Part shown: positions 62,500-64,000 of the stretch, one piece after another
Position numbering within the stretch: the stretch's first letter is position 1
How the letters are laid out: each line of letters opens with the position of its first letter
Origin: Pristiophorus japonicus
Taxonomy: Eukaryota
Length of the DNA stretch: 64,000 nucleotides
Assembly (NCBI RefSeq): GCF_044704955.1
Contig: NC_091984.1
Span: forward strand, 148,118,001 to 148,182,000
Direction: 5' to 3'
Position numbers and translations under genes: made by a program
Notes under the pieces: model-generated
Database searches by the model: none
What the model saw: the letters and a program-made list of their open reading frames with translations, nothing else
Told to the model about the DNA's origin: nothing

Positions 62500-62895
62500 T
62501 CTAAATCTATCAGCATATTCCCTTCTCCCTCATATCCCTGTCTAGCCTCCCCTTAAATACATCGATACTATTCACTTCAATCACTCCCTGTGGTAGCCAG
62601 TTCCACATTCCCACCACTCGCTGGGTAAAGAATTTTCTCCTGAATTCCCGATTGGATTTCTTGCTGACTATCTTATATTGATGGCCTCTAGTTCTGCTCT
62701 TCCCCACAAGTGGAAACACTCTCTCTGTATCCACTCTATCAAAACCTTTCCTCATGTTAAAGAACTCGATCAGGTCACCCCTCAGCCTCAAGAGAAAAGA
62801 GCCCCAGCCTGTTCATCCTTTCCTGATATGTACACCCTCGCATTTCTGGTCCCATCCTTGTAAACCTTCACTGCACCCTCTCCAGTGCCTGTGTA
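62500..62895 (-). mobile_element. CR1 fragment in the J-C intron
   Basis: RLRGDLIEFF...RTRGHQYK...FFTQRVV. Confidence 0.8.
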
Positions 62896-63424
62896 TGGGT
62901 TATATAATATGGTGGAGAGCTGCGGTGAATGAAAGGGTTAATTGAAGAGTGCTGTGTATGACAGGGAGCCCGGCTGTGTTCCTTTACCCACACTCCCCCT
63001 TCACCCAGCAAAGTATAAGTAACGAACTGTTACCCACCGTGTGGAGGAGATCTGGACGTTGGCACACTGCGGTCCCATCCCTGCACCATCCCCGGAAATC
63101 GGTCCCGAGCCTCCTGCCTGTCTCAGTGTGACAGACACGGTGTGTGAGACACGGGCAGAGTGTGGGTGTGAGTGAGTGAGCTCGCTGGGGGCAGTCTGTG
63201 CTCCTGTCACAGTCTCTGATATAACTGAGCTCAGCCTCAGCACACTGACACTCCCGAGGTCCCGCCTCCCCCAGCTCCAACTCTGATCTGTCCAGCCCCC
63301 GCTCACCTCCTGTCCAACTTCTGATCACAAACAGGGGCAGCAGGGCTCGCAATCCGGCGGCTGCAGTGCTCCAGGGTTGTGGGGAGACTCTCAGTTGCTG
63401 TTTCTGTGGCTCGAGTTCAGCATG

Positions 63425-63620
63425 ATATTTATCCCGCAACCTACATCGCTTAAAAATCTCAATTACCTCATTGTTGTGTGTGGGAGCTTGCTGTGCACAA
63501 ATTGGTTGCCGTGTTTCCCACATTACAACAATGACCGCACTTCAAAAATGTACTTCATTGGCTGTGAAGCACTTTGAAAAATCTTGAGGTGTGAAAGGCG
63601 CTATATAAATGCAGGTCTTT
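63425..63620 (+). mobile_element. SINE 3' fragment
   Basis: Ends ggcgctatataaatgcaggtc; homologous to the other Deu-type SINEs. Confidence 0.7.
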
Positions 63621-63721
63621 CTTTAATTTCTCTTTTCTTTTTATTAACTGGGACTCGCACAATTCCCCTGCTGATTAAACCTGGACCCAGCAGAAAATCC
63701 CCAGATCACGGACTAACGTTC

Positions 63722-64000
63722 CATAAGAACATGGGAATTAGGAGCAGGAGGAGTCCATTCGGCCCCTCGAGCCTGCTCCGCCATTCAATGAGATCATGGC
63801 TGATCTTCTACCTCAACTCCACTTTCCTGCACTGTCCCCATATCCCTCGATTCCCTTAATATCCAAAAATCTATCGATCTTCGGAATATTCTCAAGGACT
63901 GAGCCTCCACAGCCCTCTGGGGGAGAGAATTCCAGAGATTCACCACCCTCTGAGTGAAGAAGTTTCTCCTCATCTCAGTCCTGAATGGCCGACCCCTTAT
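63722..64000 (-). mobile_element. CR1 3' end (runs off the window)
   Basis: Tail cataagaacat and 3' UTR hairpin ggcccctcgagcctgctcc. Confidence 0.85.

Noticed and set aside
62340-63400. Recombination signal sequences near V/J
   Set aside because: I found no heptamer with a 12/23 spacer and nonamer; isolated CACAGTG hits elsewhere (e.g. ~27344) lack a nonamer.

Overview
Repeat-dense vertebrate genomic DNA, almost certainly from a cartilaginous fish (shark-type CR1 LINEs, Deu-type SINEs, shark kappa/NS4-type Ig light chain). It holds parts of two divergently oriented, defective Ig kappa-type clusters. The first is an orphan C exon on the minus strand (28594-28266) with an in-frame TGA at codon 2. 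The second is a germline-joined L-VJ gene on the plus strand (61812-62375) that keeps its leader intron, has no RSS, is joined out of frame and has Cys23>Tyr. There are two proviruses with both LTRs and TSDs. One is an internally deleted class I (gamma/epsilon-like) ERV (14117-21209, tRNA-Gln PBS) inserted in a CR1 ORF1. The other is a minus-strand retrovirus-like element (29602-39238) with ~1.55-kb LTRs, a tRNA-Arg PBS, Gag ending in PSAP and an in-frame TGA-CTAG, YVDD RT, tether plus RNase H and no clear env (lokiretrovirus/spuma-like by inference). It lies 1 kb upstream of the C exon. A composite upstream module carrying an Ets-IRF motif occurs three times (one copy inverted), showing cluster-scale duplication. 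The rest is nested CR1 fragments, SINEs, a decayed Harbinger-type Myb gene, two solo LTRs, minisatellites and two assembly gaps. Family assignments come from motif recognition only; no database searches were run.
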